A DNA stretch of 36,730 bases, taken from NCBI GenBank assembly GCA_964364105.1, contig CAYILI010000003.1, positions 1 to 36,730 of the forward strand, read 5' to 3'. Source of the DNA: an uncultured Gammaproteobacteria bacterium. GTDB lineage: Bacteria; Patescibacteriota; Microgenomatia; Levybacterales; UBA12049. The notes under the pieces are model-generated. The model was given only the letters and a program-made list of their open reading frames with translations, was not told the DNA's origin and searched no databases. Of the stretch, positions 15,906 to 25,379 are shown piece by piece (within the stretch, counting starts at the first letter, position 1; every line of letters starts with the position of its first letter). The translations under genes were made by a program, and so were the position numbers.

Positions 15906-16550
15906 TTAAAAACCAAGCTTCTCATTAACGATGATTACATAAATTTGTCTACCCATCATTGGATTTTCCTTGTGAAGAATAAGTGTTTTGGCGTGAGTTG
16001 TACCAACTCCATAAACTCCTTGCATTCTTTTATTTTCAAGAGGTATTACGTGCTCATCTAATCTTTTAAATGCTCCGTCAAGGTCGGTTACAATTTTTTG
16101 CGCTCCCACTACAAATATTATATTTTGAGAAGTAAATACCAAATGGGGAAGCTGACTACCCGTATTAGAAGCAATCAGAATTTCACCATTTTGTGTAACC
16201 GCATGAGCACTACCTAAATAGAAATCAGAAATTACTGATGTTTTCCTAAGCTTACTCTGTTTTTCCGGATCAAGTTCAGCTAAAACTTTTTCATGAAGAT
16301 TATTCCACTTATGCTTGCCATTTTTTAAATAATCTATATATCCAATTTCCCCAAGTGTTGCTGATGCTCCATTCATGACTGTTGCCTCATGTGGAATTAA
16401 GTCCTGAATTTTTTCAAATGCTTCTTCTCTTGTATCTACAAATATAGGTAAGAATCCATTTACCTTAAGAGAGTTAATTGTTTTTAAAACTACTGAATTA
16501 TCAGCTAGTTCGTTAAAATTGTTTTTATTATTTGTTTGAGCGGGTGTCAT
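15906..16550 (-). CDS. LUD-domain (lactate utilization LutC/YkgG-like) protein
   Basis: Motifs L..NGF, GASATL.EIG, DFYLGSAHAVT.NGEI, VVGAQKIV and E.LGF. Confidence 0.85.
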   Translation of the reverse strand: MTPAQTNNKNNFNELADNSVVLKTINSLKVNGFLPIFVDTREEAFEKIQDLIPHEATVMNGASATLGEIGYIDYLKNGKHKWNNLHEKVLAELDPEKQSKLRKTSVISDFYLGSAHAVTQNGEILIASNTGSQLPHLVFTSQNIIFVVGAQKIVTDLDGAFKRLDEHVIPLENKRMQGVYGVGTTHAKTLILHKENPMMGRQIYVIIVNEKLGF

Positions 16551-16574
16551 ACTTATGTTATAATTGCTACATAA

Positions 16575-16616
16575 ACTATAGCGCTAAGAAATTTATAGTA
16601 CTATAGAAATTATAGT
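16575..16616. promoter_or_regulatory. Candidate HxlR operator (ACTATA/TATAGT inverted repeats)
   Basis: ACTATA at 16575 and 16600, TATAGT at 16594 and 16611; TATAGTACTATA is a perfect palindrome between the divergent genes. Confidence 0.45.
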
Positions 16617-16928
16617 ATGTCAACGACCAAATTTGAAGCTTCAGAAATAGATAATGCAATCTCAATGATTGCTGAAGCTCATATGCTTTGTATTATCAAT
16701 CATCTTTCTGAAAAAGAAATGAGATTTAATGAAATTCAGCGCTCAATTAAGGATTTAAATCCGGCTACACTTTCTGATCGACTGAAAAAACTTGAAAAAG
16801 ACGGATTAGTTAATAGGAAAGAAGAAACACTCGATAAGGTTTCTGTTGTTTATGCTCTTACTGAAAAAGGGAGGGCAATTCTTCCTGTCATAAATGAGAT
16901 TTCAAAATTCGCACAGAAATATTCATAA
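16617..16928 (+). CDS. HxlR-family winged-helix transcriptional regulator
   Basis: Motifs MRFNEI, TLSDRLKKLE.DGLV.R and V.Y.LTEKG..I.PVI. Confidence 0.9.
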   Translation: MSTTKFEASEIDNAISMIAEAHMLCIINHLSEKEMRFNEIQRSIKDLNPATLSDRLKKLEKDGLVNRKEETLDKVSVVYALTEKGRAILPVINEISKFAQKYS

Positions 16929-16975
16929 CTTCCGAAGCATCAACTATCACGAAATAAGTGATATAATTCCTCCTT

Positions 16976-17728
16976 ATGTCTAGGGAAATTCCAACAAATG
17001 TTGAGACCGTCGAAATGCAGAAGGAAATTGTCAGAGTAACTGATACTGCAAGAGCATATACCGCATTTGAACGTAATCATTTTTATAGTGCTCAATGGCC
17101 CAGGGACCTTAGATGGTATACTCAGGACCACCCTGATTTGACTCCTGAATATTTTCAATTGATAGGCTTGGTAGGAATTCTTGCATCCCAATATGGTTTT
17201 CAATCTTTAGACTACACTGCGACCAGACACGCTAGGGGTGACTGGGACCAACCATCTGCAGATCCAAAGCATCAATTAGCACTAGGCATAGAGATTGCAA
17301 AGAAGGGAGATCAGGCATATCCAATTAAAGAATCAATTGCATCTAGGTTTGAGGAAGGTTCACCCGGGTGGTGGGGAACATGGAATGTTTTTATAAAATC
17401 ACGAGGAGGGATAGTACCAGTTCCTCAGACTCTTGGAGAAATAGAAGGACTTATGAAAAATGCGGAATATAGATTTAAGGATGGCAGAAAAATAACTTTA
17501 CCAGACCCAGACTTAAATAGTAGATTTGCCAGATTACGTTTTACTGGAGATAAGGCAGACACAATATCTAATGAAGAATTCGAACAAGAAGTTTTACCTA
17601 GGGTAGTTGAAACAACTCAAGGGTGGATAAATCCTATTCCTGTGTTTACTAGAGATAGACCGACACCAAAATCCATATTTGTGGATACTGATCAAGAATC
17701 TATAGGTGGTACAACGCCAATTGCCTAA
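16976..17728 (+). CDS. Hypothetical protein
   Basis: 250-aa ORF; TGATATAAT 8 nt before the ATG. Confidence 0.7.
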   Translation: MSREIPTNVETVEMQKEIVRVTDTARAYTAFERNHFYSAQWPRDLRWYTQDHPDLTPEYFQLIGLVGILASQYGFQSLDYTATRHARGDWDQPSADPKHQLALGIEIAKKGDQAYPIKESIASRFEEGSPGWWGTWNVFIKSRGGIVPVPQTLGEIEGLMKNAEYRFKDGRKITLPDPDLNSRFARLRFTGDKADTISNEEFEQEVLPRVVETTQGWINPIPVFTRDRPTPKSIFVDTDQESIGGTTPIA

Positions 17729-17730
17729 AA

Positions 17731-18672
17731 TTAGAAATTGTTTTCTGAAATTATTTTAAGTAGATTTGGAACTCCGGGATCTCCTGGCATGTACCATTCG
17801 CTTCCTTTTGCTCCATATTTAAAATATGCAATACCTGAAAGACTATTATCCCTCATGACTTGGTCTATGTCATTTAAAAGCTGACTTTCTGATGGCTTCA
17901 CCCAAAGAGGCTGTTCTTCCCAAGCACCAAGCGCAATGATAATTTTAGTATCTGGGTCAATTTTTCTGATCGAACTTTTAGCTCTTTCTGTTACTACGCT
18001 TACAAAATCATCATAATAGTCGTCAACATTACTATACGCATTAACCATAACTATATCTGCCGTATTCTTATCAAAGGGATTTCCGCCTCTAAAAAAATTA
18101 TTGTCATTATCATAAAAAAACCATCCGTTCATACGTACGAGAATTGGGTGAACTGGATCAGCTTGCTTTACATCTTTATAAGATTGCTTAAGTTGAAATT
18201 GAGTCAGCATAAACCTTGAAGGGTTAGGAAAAACAGATCCTGCCTCATTGGATATGTCCCAAGCGTATACAGCAGGGTGGTCTTTCCACCTCTTAATCCA
18301 ATCCACCACATCTTTTTTATTCCAGGTAGGCTTTTGGTCATCCGGATATCTTTCCTGATCGCACTTATAACCCCACTCAGCTTCTCCCGAACCTGCAGGC
18401 ATTATAACTTTAATGTGATATTTTTGACTTTGATCCAGGAAATATTTAATATTCTCATCACTTGCGCAAATATCAAAATTTCCCTCTATAACATCTACTT
18501 TTGCATCTTCTAAGATTTTAAAATCCGCTTCTGCTAGACCAAAATGATCCATATAAGCTTCTCCAACATCCTTCATGATTTTCAGATGGGGAACATTTGA
18601 AGCTTTATAATTCGTAATAACAATTAAAAATGCTATTAAAAAAAGTGTAATTAATAAATATAAGTATTTCAT
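17731..18672 (-). CDS. Membrane-anchored clan GH-A glycoside hydrolase (GH5/GH2-like)
   Basis: KDHPAVYAWDISNEAG acid/base motif and K..DP.HPI; N-terminal TM. Confidence 0.75.
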   Translation of the reverse strand: MKYLYLLITLFLIAFLIVITNYKASNVPHLKIMKDVGEAYMDHFGLAEADFKILEDAKVDVIEGNFDICASDENIKYFLDQSQKYHIKVIMPAGSGEAEWGYKCDQERYPDDQKPTWNKKDVVDWIKRWKDHPAVYAWDISNEAGSVFPNPSRFMLTQFQLKQSYKDVKQADPVHPILVRMNGWFFYDNDNNFFRGGNPFDKNTADIVMVNAYSNVDDYYDDFVSVVTERAKSSIRKIDPDTKIIIALGAWEEQPLWVKPSESQLLNDIDQVMRDNSLSGIAYFKYGAKGSEWYMPGDPGVPNLLKIISENNF

Positions 18673-20513
18673 TTGCCAAAGAATACAGAGTCTACATAAA
18701 GTTCAGTTGTGCTATTTGGAGTTGAATAGTATTGCAAACGCACACTTTTAACTTGCGCACTTGTTGGCGCATAATCAAACTCTTTAGTACCTATAAAAAC
18801 AGAGTCTACAAGCCCTTTCCATTGTCCCGAAATCCAATTACCTGATAAGTCATATTCATCTATATAAAACCCAAACTCTCCGCCAATCGTTAAAGTCTTA
18901 AGATATTGTGTCCACTTATAACTCACGGTTGAATCCACACTAATTTTTGAACTAAATGCATGCGTGGAAAGAAGATTAGGAACAAGATGAAGTGAATTTT
19001 TCCCGTCATTTCCAAGTGAATTCTGGTCTATGGAAAAGCTATCGCTATCTCTTTCCCATAAATCTGCCCAATCACTTATAAGACTCTCAAAACTATTATT
19101 CGCTATAAGGCTTATACTAGCGATGGAAGTAGGCGAAGCCGTAGGCGTCGCAGTAGGGAAGGGAGTCAAAGTTATAGTAGGTATTAATGTCAAAGTTGGT
19201 GTTAAAGTAGGTGATGGCACTGGCAAGCTCTCTACTGGATCTAAATCGTCTAGCGGATTTACGACACCTTGCGCATTCGTTAAATTATATAATTGATAAT
19301 TATCTACGAAGATTTGCCCAGAAACCGCAGCACTAAAAAATGTTTGGATTTTAAATTTTGCAACAGAAGGAGAAGACGGCGTATAAATAGTTGAAAAATA
19401 TGAAACAACTAAATTATTAACTGGATAATACTGGCCTGATATCCAATTATTTGAAGAATCATATTCATCTATATAAAAACCAAATTCTCCGCCTTTTCTG
19501 CCCAGTGTATTAATAAAAGCTTTAAAAGCATATTTTGAACCTGGAATTACAGATACTCTTGGTGTGTAAAGATGTCCCTGCGCTGTTCCCGTAAACTTAA
19601 TCGAGTCCACAGAAGAGGGAAAAACGCCTTTTGACGAGATATCTTTTATAACACTTGCTGGATTATCAGCGACCCAGCCCTGTGAAATTCCACCCGAAAA
19701 ACTTCCATTCGGGAGTATATTCGTAGATCCCATGTTAAACCCTTCACTCACTTTAACTGAACGAATCAAACCTACATTCTGCTTGGTTTTAACGTATGAT
19801 GCTATTTGATCAAGTTTTGCTTTACTATACTCATATTCGTCAGGATTTGAATTAGCGGTTATTTTTACTTTATGAAAAACTAGAATGAGCCACTGCTTAT
19901 TTGCAATAGCAGTATCAATTGCTGTTTTTACCTCTGCAACTGTCACTGGTTCCTGTACCTGTTTTACCTGAAGTATATAATCATTATAGGGGAAGATGTT
20001 TTTATTCCTATCCCAAAAGCCCCTATGGGAGGCATAGTACTTTGCAACAATCGCTAAAGAACTATAATCATAGTCTCCTTCTGGGCTTGCAAACTGAGAA
20101 ACTTTTAAACCGTGGTTTTGTAATTCTTTCTTGCCTTGTAGAATTTCTGTTTCTTTTTGCGCAGCCGTTAGCTCAGAAAGTCTTTTATGATTTATGCTGT
20201 GCCCGCCAACCTCCCAGCCATATAGATCTTGTAATTGTTTTACCTGGGTCCAATTCATGTACGAAGCTGTTGGATCTACATTATTCCTGCAAACTCCCGT
20301 ATTATTAATGCATCCAGTCGATACATAGACAGTCCCATCAATTCCATATTTAGCCAATACGGGTTCCGCTATGTTAATCGTACTTTGAAAACCGTCATCA
20401 AACGTAAAAGAAACTTTTGCAGTATTTGATGCAGCATATGCATAGGTTCTTATAAAACCAAACATAAGAACGAAAATTAAAATGACAATTGTTTTATTTA
20501 ATATTTCTTTCAT
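18669..20513 (-). CDS. Secreted polysaccharide deacetylase (NodB/CE4) with two CBM-like domains and a Pro/Thr linker
   Basis: Motifs VSFTFDDG, GWEVGGHSINH and WLILVFH; duplicated GGEFGFYIDEYD..NWISGQ domains. Confidence 0.88.
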   Translation of the reverse strand: MKEILNKTIVILIFVLMFGFIRTYAYAASNTAKVSFTFDDGFQSTINIAEPVLAKYGIDGTVYVSTGCINNTGVCRNNVDPTASYMNWTQVKQLQDLYGWEVGGHSINHKRLSELTAAQKETEILQGKKELQNHGLKVSQFASPEGDYDYSSLAIVAKYYASHRGFWDRNKNIFPYNDYILQVKQVQEPVTVAEVKTAIDTAIANKQWLILVFHKVKITANSNPDEYEYSKAKLDQIASYVKTKQNVGLIRSVKVSEGFNMGSTNILPNGSFSGGISQGWVADNPASVIKDISSKGVFPSSVDSIKFTGTAQGHLYTPRVSVIPGSKYAFKAFINTLGRKGGEFGFYIDEYDSSNNWISGQYYPVNNLVVSYFSTIYTPSSPSVAKFKIQTFFSAAVSGQIFVDNYQLYNLTNAQGVVNPLDDLDPVESLPVPSPTLTPTLTLIPTITLTPFPTATPTASPTSIASISLIANNSFESLISDWADLWERDSDSFSIDQNSLGNDGKNSLHLVPNLLSTHAFSSKISVDSTVSYKWTQYLKTLTIGGEFGFYIDEYDLSGNWISGQWKGLVDSVFIGTKEFDYAPTSAQVKSVRLQYYSTPNSTTELYVDSVFFGK

Positions 20514-21085
20514 ATTTCTTCTATGTTAATAAGCCTTGCTCTGACCCTATATCTATTTTGATCAAAAACCCCATCGCAAGTAATTAATGTTAAAATTGGA
20601 TTTTCCTCCGGGTAAAATGCTTCAACTGATGAAGGTAAAACCTTATCGCTTGCCTCAACTACGTAAAATGCTTTATAGTTTTGACCATAAACAATTACGC
20701 TGTCTCCAACCGAGAGCCTCTTAATATTTAAAAAAACATCAGGAAGGGCATGACCAAATATTCCTACATTTCCTGTCTTTTCATTAATAAGACTCGTACC
20801 TTCTGCGAAATTTGCAACACCCGGATGAACTTCCCATGTACCATTTTCCATAGGAACCGAAACAACAGGAAGATCAATACCCGCTTTCTCCATTACCACC
20901 CTTTCTGGAGTAAAAGATATTACGTTTTCTTGTTCCACGTCAACCGACACATAACAATTAGCACACTCCCCGTCACCAGCATCTACTACCTGCGCAAACT
21001 TTTGGTCCAGTGTGACAAAACTTAATATTGCAGTAGTTAATAAGAAAACTGCAAATATGTTAACCCTATTTAATAAAAACTTCAT
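20510..21085 (-). CDS. Sortase
   Basis: N-terminal TM and the catalytic triad GNVGIFGH, LTLITC and R (NRYRVRA). Confidence 0.9.
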   Translation of the reverse strand: MKFLLNRVNIFAVFLLTTAILSFVTLDQKFAQVVDAGDGECANCYVSVDVEQENVISFTPERVVMEKAGIDLPVVSVPMENGTWEVHPGVANFAEGTSLINEKTGNVGIFGHALPDVFLNIKRLSVGDSVIVYGQNYKAFYVVEASDKVLPSSVEAFYPEENPILTLITCDGVFDQNRYRVRARLINIEEI

Positions 21086-21270
21086 ACACTCCTATTTTTT
21101 AAATATCGGCTGATATGTCCCAATAACATTAAGAATAATATTGCGTTAATAACTACAAAACTTGCTGCTATTACAGGGTGAACTTTATCTGCTAGGATAA
21201 ATCCTGCAGCTGAAGTCGCTGGCAATGCAGTTGCTAAACCCAATACTCCTCCTTTTCCATATTCTGTCAT
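21082..21270 (-). CDS. Minimal sortase-substrate-like peptide (LPATS + TM + basic tail)
   Basis: RBS AGGAGGTG 9 nt before ATG 21270; sequence GGVLG...LPATS, a hydrophobic helix, then RYLKNR. Confidence 0.7.
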   Translation of the reverse strand: MTEYGKGGVLGLATALPATSAAGFILADKVHPVIAASFVVINAILFLMLLGHISRYLKNRSV

Positions 21271-21290
21271 ACTATAAAACACCTCCTTTC

Positions 21291-22718
21291 TTACCTGGTT
21301 CCCCAGGCAGCTCCATAACCAATTCTGGAAAATCCAGATTGGCTTAGCTTATATAAATTGTTAATTCCAGTTACAAACTTAGAAGCGGCAAAACTATAAA
21401 ATAAAAACAAATATGAACCTAAAAGAATAAGACTTAATAAATTCGAATAAATGAATTCCGGGAAGAAAGTAAATTTAAGAATAGAATCTTTGAAATCCCG
21501 ATCAGGATAGGAGAGATGTGTGAAAACCGTATAAACTATAATTACTGCAAAATTTATTGAAGAAATTGCAAATAAAACAGGCGTAAATGCTGACTCCTTA
21601 TAAGTTCCTGCATAAATAAAGGATAGTGTAATCAAGATCAACAAAACTATAAAAGTGAAATGTCCAACCAGGTCTTGGTAAATTGCAATAAACCAATTCC
21701 AGTTCTGAATTATTACTCTTAAGCCTCCACTTGTCCATCTTGCCCGTTGTTTCCAAAGACTACTAAATGTTTCCGGAACTTTTGTCCATGCCACAGCAGT
21801 CTGAGAAATTCTAACTTCCCATCCTTTTATTTTTGATCTAACAGTAAAATCATAGTCTTCGATCAGATGCCCCTTTGAAAAACCGTTTAGATCTTCTAGA
21901 ACAGTCATTCTAATTGCTGCTAACATCCCCTGCATTACGAGAGGACCCCGGAAAAAACCATTATCAGCAATTTTCGTAATATTAAAACTGTGATACTCCA
22001 TCGCTTGCATGCGAGTTAGCAAATTTTTATTTTTGTTTATCACTCTAACTTGAGAGCAAACAATTCCAATTTTTGAATGTTTATAAAGTTCATTTATCAT
22101 CTCGGGAATTGTACTTTGGATAATTTTTACGTCATCATCAAATGTGAAGACTACATCTGGTCTTTGATAAACCAATGATCTTAAATAATTCACTCCATAA
22201 TTTAGGGCTCCAGCTTTCATTTGATTTTCAGCCGTTCTTAGAATAATAATCTTGTAATTAAATCTTGCTAATTCAGAAATCATAGAAAAAATATTTTGAG
22301 TTTCGGAATCATTTGGAGAAGAATCATCAACTACCACAATTGATACCTTTGGAAACCAATCAGAAATGGATTTTATTAAATTATATGTTTCAATTGATGG
22401 CTTATAAGTGGGAATTACTACTGAAACACTTTTACCATAAAAGGTGGCTTCAAAGCTTTTTTTAGCAGGAGTTTTTGGAATAAAAAAACTAGAAAAATTC
22501 TCTAAAGTTTTTTTAGAGATGTTACGTAAGATAAATTTTCGAGCGTTATAAAGTATAAAAAATATTTTTATAAAGCCTGAAACTAATAGATATAGCTTGA
22601 AGCTTGGGGACGATAAAACTTGTTTTGCGATTAAAATATCGCCTGTTAAAAATAGCAAAATAAATAAGCTATCTAGAAAAAACCTCAATTGCCCCGAAAT
22701 ATTTGTGTTCTTATACAT
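21291..22718 (-). CDS. Processive GT2 glycosyltransferase (IcaA/PgaC/cellulose-synthase-like)
   Basis: Motifs VSVVIPTY, VVDDSS, KAGALN, FDDD, IEDYD and QRARW; flanking TMs. Confidence 0.9.
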   Translation of the reverse strand: MYKNTNISGQLRFFLDSLFILLFLTGDILIAKQVLSSPSFKLYLLVSGFIKIFFILYNARKFILRNISKKTLENFSSFFIPKTPAKKSFEATFYGKSVSVVIPTYKPSIETYNLIKSISDWFPKVSIVVVDDSSPNDSETQNIFSMISELARFNYKIIILRTAENQMKAGALNYGVNYLRSLVYQRPDVVFTFDDDVKIIQSTIPEMINELYKHSKIGIVCSQVRVINKNKNLLTRMQAMEYHSFNITKIADNGFFRGPLVMQGMLAAIRMTVLEDLNGFSKGHLIEDYDFTVRSKIKGWEVRISQTAVAWTKVPETFSSLWKQRARWTSGGLRVIIQNWNWFIAIYQDLVGHFTFIVLLILITLSFIYAGTYKESAFTPVLFAISSINFAVIIVYTVFTHLSYPDRDFKDSILKFTFFPEFIYSNLLSLILLGSYLFLFYSFAASKFVTGINNLYKLSQSGFSRIGYGAAWGTR

Positions 22719-22929
22719 AAAACAGGGCAAGGACAGAGATTATATTGTACATTATAGGTTGTGTCAACAAGAAATCTTAAATTCTAAGAATTACAGTTAA
22801 ATCAAGAACTTACAAATGATAGGGGACTAGATGCTTATAGGATAATTTTTCCGCAAATTCTATAATTTTCTTAACCCAAATCTTCAAATACTAATACTAT
22901 AGTTTGATTTAAGAATAAAAAGATTAAGA

Positions 22930-23721
22930 CTAACTTTCTAAATACAAATTAAGGAGTTCTTGGTGGATTTCTTTATTTTTTCCTGCTATAGCTCCTACTG
23001 ATTTAACCGTCCATTCGTTTCCGGAAAGATCAGTTATTACACCACCTGATTGCTGAATTAAAAAACTGGCAGCACTGATATCCCATGGGTGATTATATGA
23101 ATTTAAAAAACCATCTACTTTACCTACTGCTGTATAGGTAAAACTAAGAGAAGAATTAAGAGAAATAATATTAAAATTATTATCCAAAACTAACTTTTTC
23201 AAAAAATTATTGTGTTTTTTCTTTTGTTCTTTTTTTAGAGAAGCAATAGAACCAAAATCCACTTCTAAAGTTGTGTCAAATCTTTTTTCATTCGGCTGAA
23301 ATACTTTTTCATTTACGTAAATTCTATTCCCGCCAACTGACCAAAAATAATCTTTCTGACTGTGATCAATAACACATGAAGCAATAATCTTACCTTTTTC
23401 TGTAAGGACTATATTTGTACAATAATTATTTATCCCCCTGGCGAGATTACTAGTTCCGCAAATAGGATCAATAATCCATATCCGACCTTCTGGAATTGCA
23501 GTATTTGTATTGTTTTCTTCCGCAAGTATTTGATCTTTGGGAAATCTTTTTTTAATTTCCTCAACGATGAGGTTCTCAACATCAATATCAACCTGTGTAG
23601 AAAAATCACCCTCTCGCTTATGCTGAGCGATTGCCATGCTTTTATCAGGATTTGAGACCAAATCACGAACGACATCAGCAATATAATGAAAAAGGTCCTT
23701 TTCCTGTTGGAGCTTATTCAT
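22930..23721 (-). CDS. Inositol monophosphatase family protein
   Basis: Motifs T.VD, ILAEE, WIIDPICGT.N and PWDISAA...QSGG.ITD. Confidence 0.88.
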   Translation of the reverse strand: MNKLQQEKDLFHYIADVVRDLVSNPDKSMAIAQHKREGDFSTQVDIDVENLIVEEIKKRFPKDQILAEENNTNTAIPEGRIWIIDPICGTSNLARGINNYCTNIVLTEKGKIIASCVIDHSQKDYFWSVGGNRIYVNEKVFQPNEKRFDTTLEVDFGSIASLKKEQKKKHNNFLKKLVLDNNFNIISLNSSLSFTYTAVGKVDGFLNSYNHPWDISAASFLIQQSGGVITDLSGNEWTVKSVGAIAGKNKEIHQELLNLYLES

Positions 23722-23813
23722 GTGGAATAATTATATCATGACAGAAGGTCAAAATTTACAGAGTTGCAAACGCGGTCTGTAGAATATTAGTTCTTGTGCT
23801 TGGAAGGTGCTAT

Positions 23814-23847
23814 AATAAGTCCGAACATCGTTCGGTAGGCTACCCCA
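23814..23847 (+). repeat. att-like junction, family C (distal copy)
   Basis: AATAAGTCCGAACATCGTTCGGTAGGCTACCCCA, homologous to 15346-15379. Confidence 0.65.
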
Positions 23848-23898
23848 AAAAACCTACTGTTTTATTCAATAGCTACAAATTTGATATAATCCCTTCCT

Positions 23899-24609
23899 AT
23901 GTCTGTTGAGAGTCAATATTTCCCGGATGTTAATTTTAGAGAATTAACTGAAGTTTTACCTGAAAGAAGTAGACTAGAACGGTTAATACCCGGATTTTTA
24001 CGAAGAGAACCGCGCGTTTATTACGATGAACACGTAGCTCTTGATCAACTATTAGACGATTTTAGTGAAACATTAGGTATGGTCTCGGCTTCTACAGGAA
24101 CAAGGCTTACCATGGATGGCGTTCATGTCCAGCTGATAACAAGAAAACAGTTAATCAATTCATTAAACAATCCTTCTAAACTAGAAGAGGTGCATGGAGA
24201 TGGAGTTTTGCAAATGATAGACGGAAATTGTACGAAAAACCCAGACGGAACATGGTTAATAAACATAGTCCAAAATAGAACAGATCATGTAGTTCAAGTA
24301 TCGCGGTCTATGGAAATCTTAGCCCATGAGTACGGACATACTCTTGGAAATGAATTTAACGCACATCCGATGCTGGAAGAAGTAAAAGCATATGCTTTTC
24401 AAGCTATGGCAATGGCAGCAAATTGGAAAATTCCAGAAAGCTATTACAAACTAAGCGGCACGTATGTAAATTACACGCATGACGTTGCAAGAGATCGGCT
24501 TATGCAGCTTAGAGATAGAGGTTTTCCTACAGGAATAATAATCGCTACTTTAACCGACAAACCTTTCGGAAATTTCAGAGTCAATAGCAATATGCATCCT
24601 GATCTTTAA
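23899..24609 (+). CDS. Hypothetical protein with HExxH zinc-metallopeptidase-like motif
   Basis: ILAHEYGHTLG followed by EEVKAYAF (possible third Glu ligand). Confidence 0.6.
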   Translation: MSVESQYFPDVNFRELTEVLPERSRLERLIPGFLRREPRVYYDEHVALDQLLDDFSETLGMVSASTGTRLTMDGVHVQLITRKQLINSLNNPSKLEEVHGDGVLQMIDGNCTKNPDGTWLINIVQNRTDHVVQVSRSMEILAHEYGHTLGNEFNAHPMLEEVKAYAFQAMAMAANWKIPESYYKLSGTYVNYTHDVARDRLMQLRDRGFPTGIIIATLTDKPFGNFRVNSNMHPDL

Positions 24610-24620
24610 GGCAATTTTCA

Positions 24621-25379
24621 TTACGGATGGTAGGGGACTTCGTGCTTGAACTTACTTTTTTCTGCAAATTTTATAATTTTCCGGGCTCCCTGATGCATCG
24701 ATTCAATTGTCCAAACCGGGTTTTTCTTATCAAAATATAAATAAAGAACAGGATCTGCTTCTGCATAAGTAAAACCAAACTCTCCTTCGTCAGTTTGATC
24801 ATTCCAAAGGTTTGCAGAAGGAGGTTTGTCGATGATTGATTTTGGTAAACCTAAATACCTGGCAAGTTCATAAACCTGAGTCTTGTACAAATGCTGGAGG
24901 GGCTCTACGTCTGATGCCTCATCTCCAAACCTTGTAAAATATCCCAATTGGTATTCAGATCTATTTTCTGTACCAATTACGAGTGCATTATTTTTCTTAG
25001 CAAAATCAAAAAGTGTAATCATCCGAACGCGTGCCATTATATTTCCGCGTCTTACAAGATCTTCCTTTGGAATTTCAAGCCTGCTAAACATATCATCAAC
25101 AAAATTATTTATAGAAATTTTTGTAGTTCTGATTCCAAGACTTTCTTCAATTACTTTTACATCTGGATCAATTTCATTAAAATAGGGGAGGTGTATTGCG
25201 ATTATGTTTTCCGGAGCAATAACTTTTGAAACAAGATAAAGACTGGTTGCAGAATCCACTCCTCCCGAAATCCCAATAACTACTTTTTCTATTTTCTGCT
25301 CCGTAAAAGTCTTTTTTAAGAAAGCGACAATCTTTTTTTCTTCTTCCGCTGGATTGATCTCAAGTAAATTATTAAACAT
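24621..25379 (-). CDS. nadE: NH3-dependent NAD+ synthetase
   Basis: Motifs VIGISGGVDSA, GNIMARVRM, GTENRSE..LGYFTRFGD, LYKTQV, PPSANLW and QTDE. Confidence 0.95.
   Translation of the reverse strand: MFNNLLEINPAEEEKKIVAFLKKTFTEQKIEKVVIGISGGVDSATSLYLVSKVIAPENIIAIHLPYFNEIDPDVKVIEESLGIRTTKISINNFVDDMFSRLEIPKEDLVRRGNIMARVRMITLFDFAKKNNALVIGTENRSEYQLGYFTRFGDEASDVEPLQHLYKTQVYELARYLGLPKSIIDKPPSANLWNDQTDEGEFGFTYAEADPVLYLYFDKKNPVWTIESMHQGARKIIKFAEKSKFKHEVPYHP

Noticed and set aside
19120-19225. Periodic sequence in the deacetylase gene
   Set aside because: It encodes an ordinary Pro/Thr linker (PTLTPTLT...).
23821-23835. CCGAAC-ATC-GTTCGG as a LexA box behind GTGCTATAAT
   Set aside because: The spacer is 3 rather than 4, no SOS gene is adjacent, and the site is better explained as part of the family-C arm shared with 15346-15379. 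Not fully excluded.
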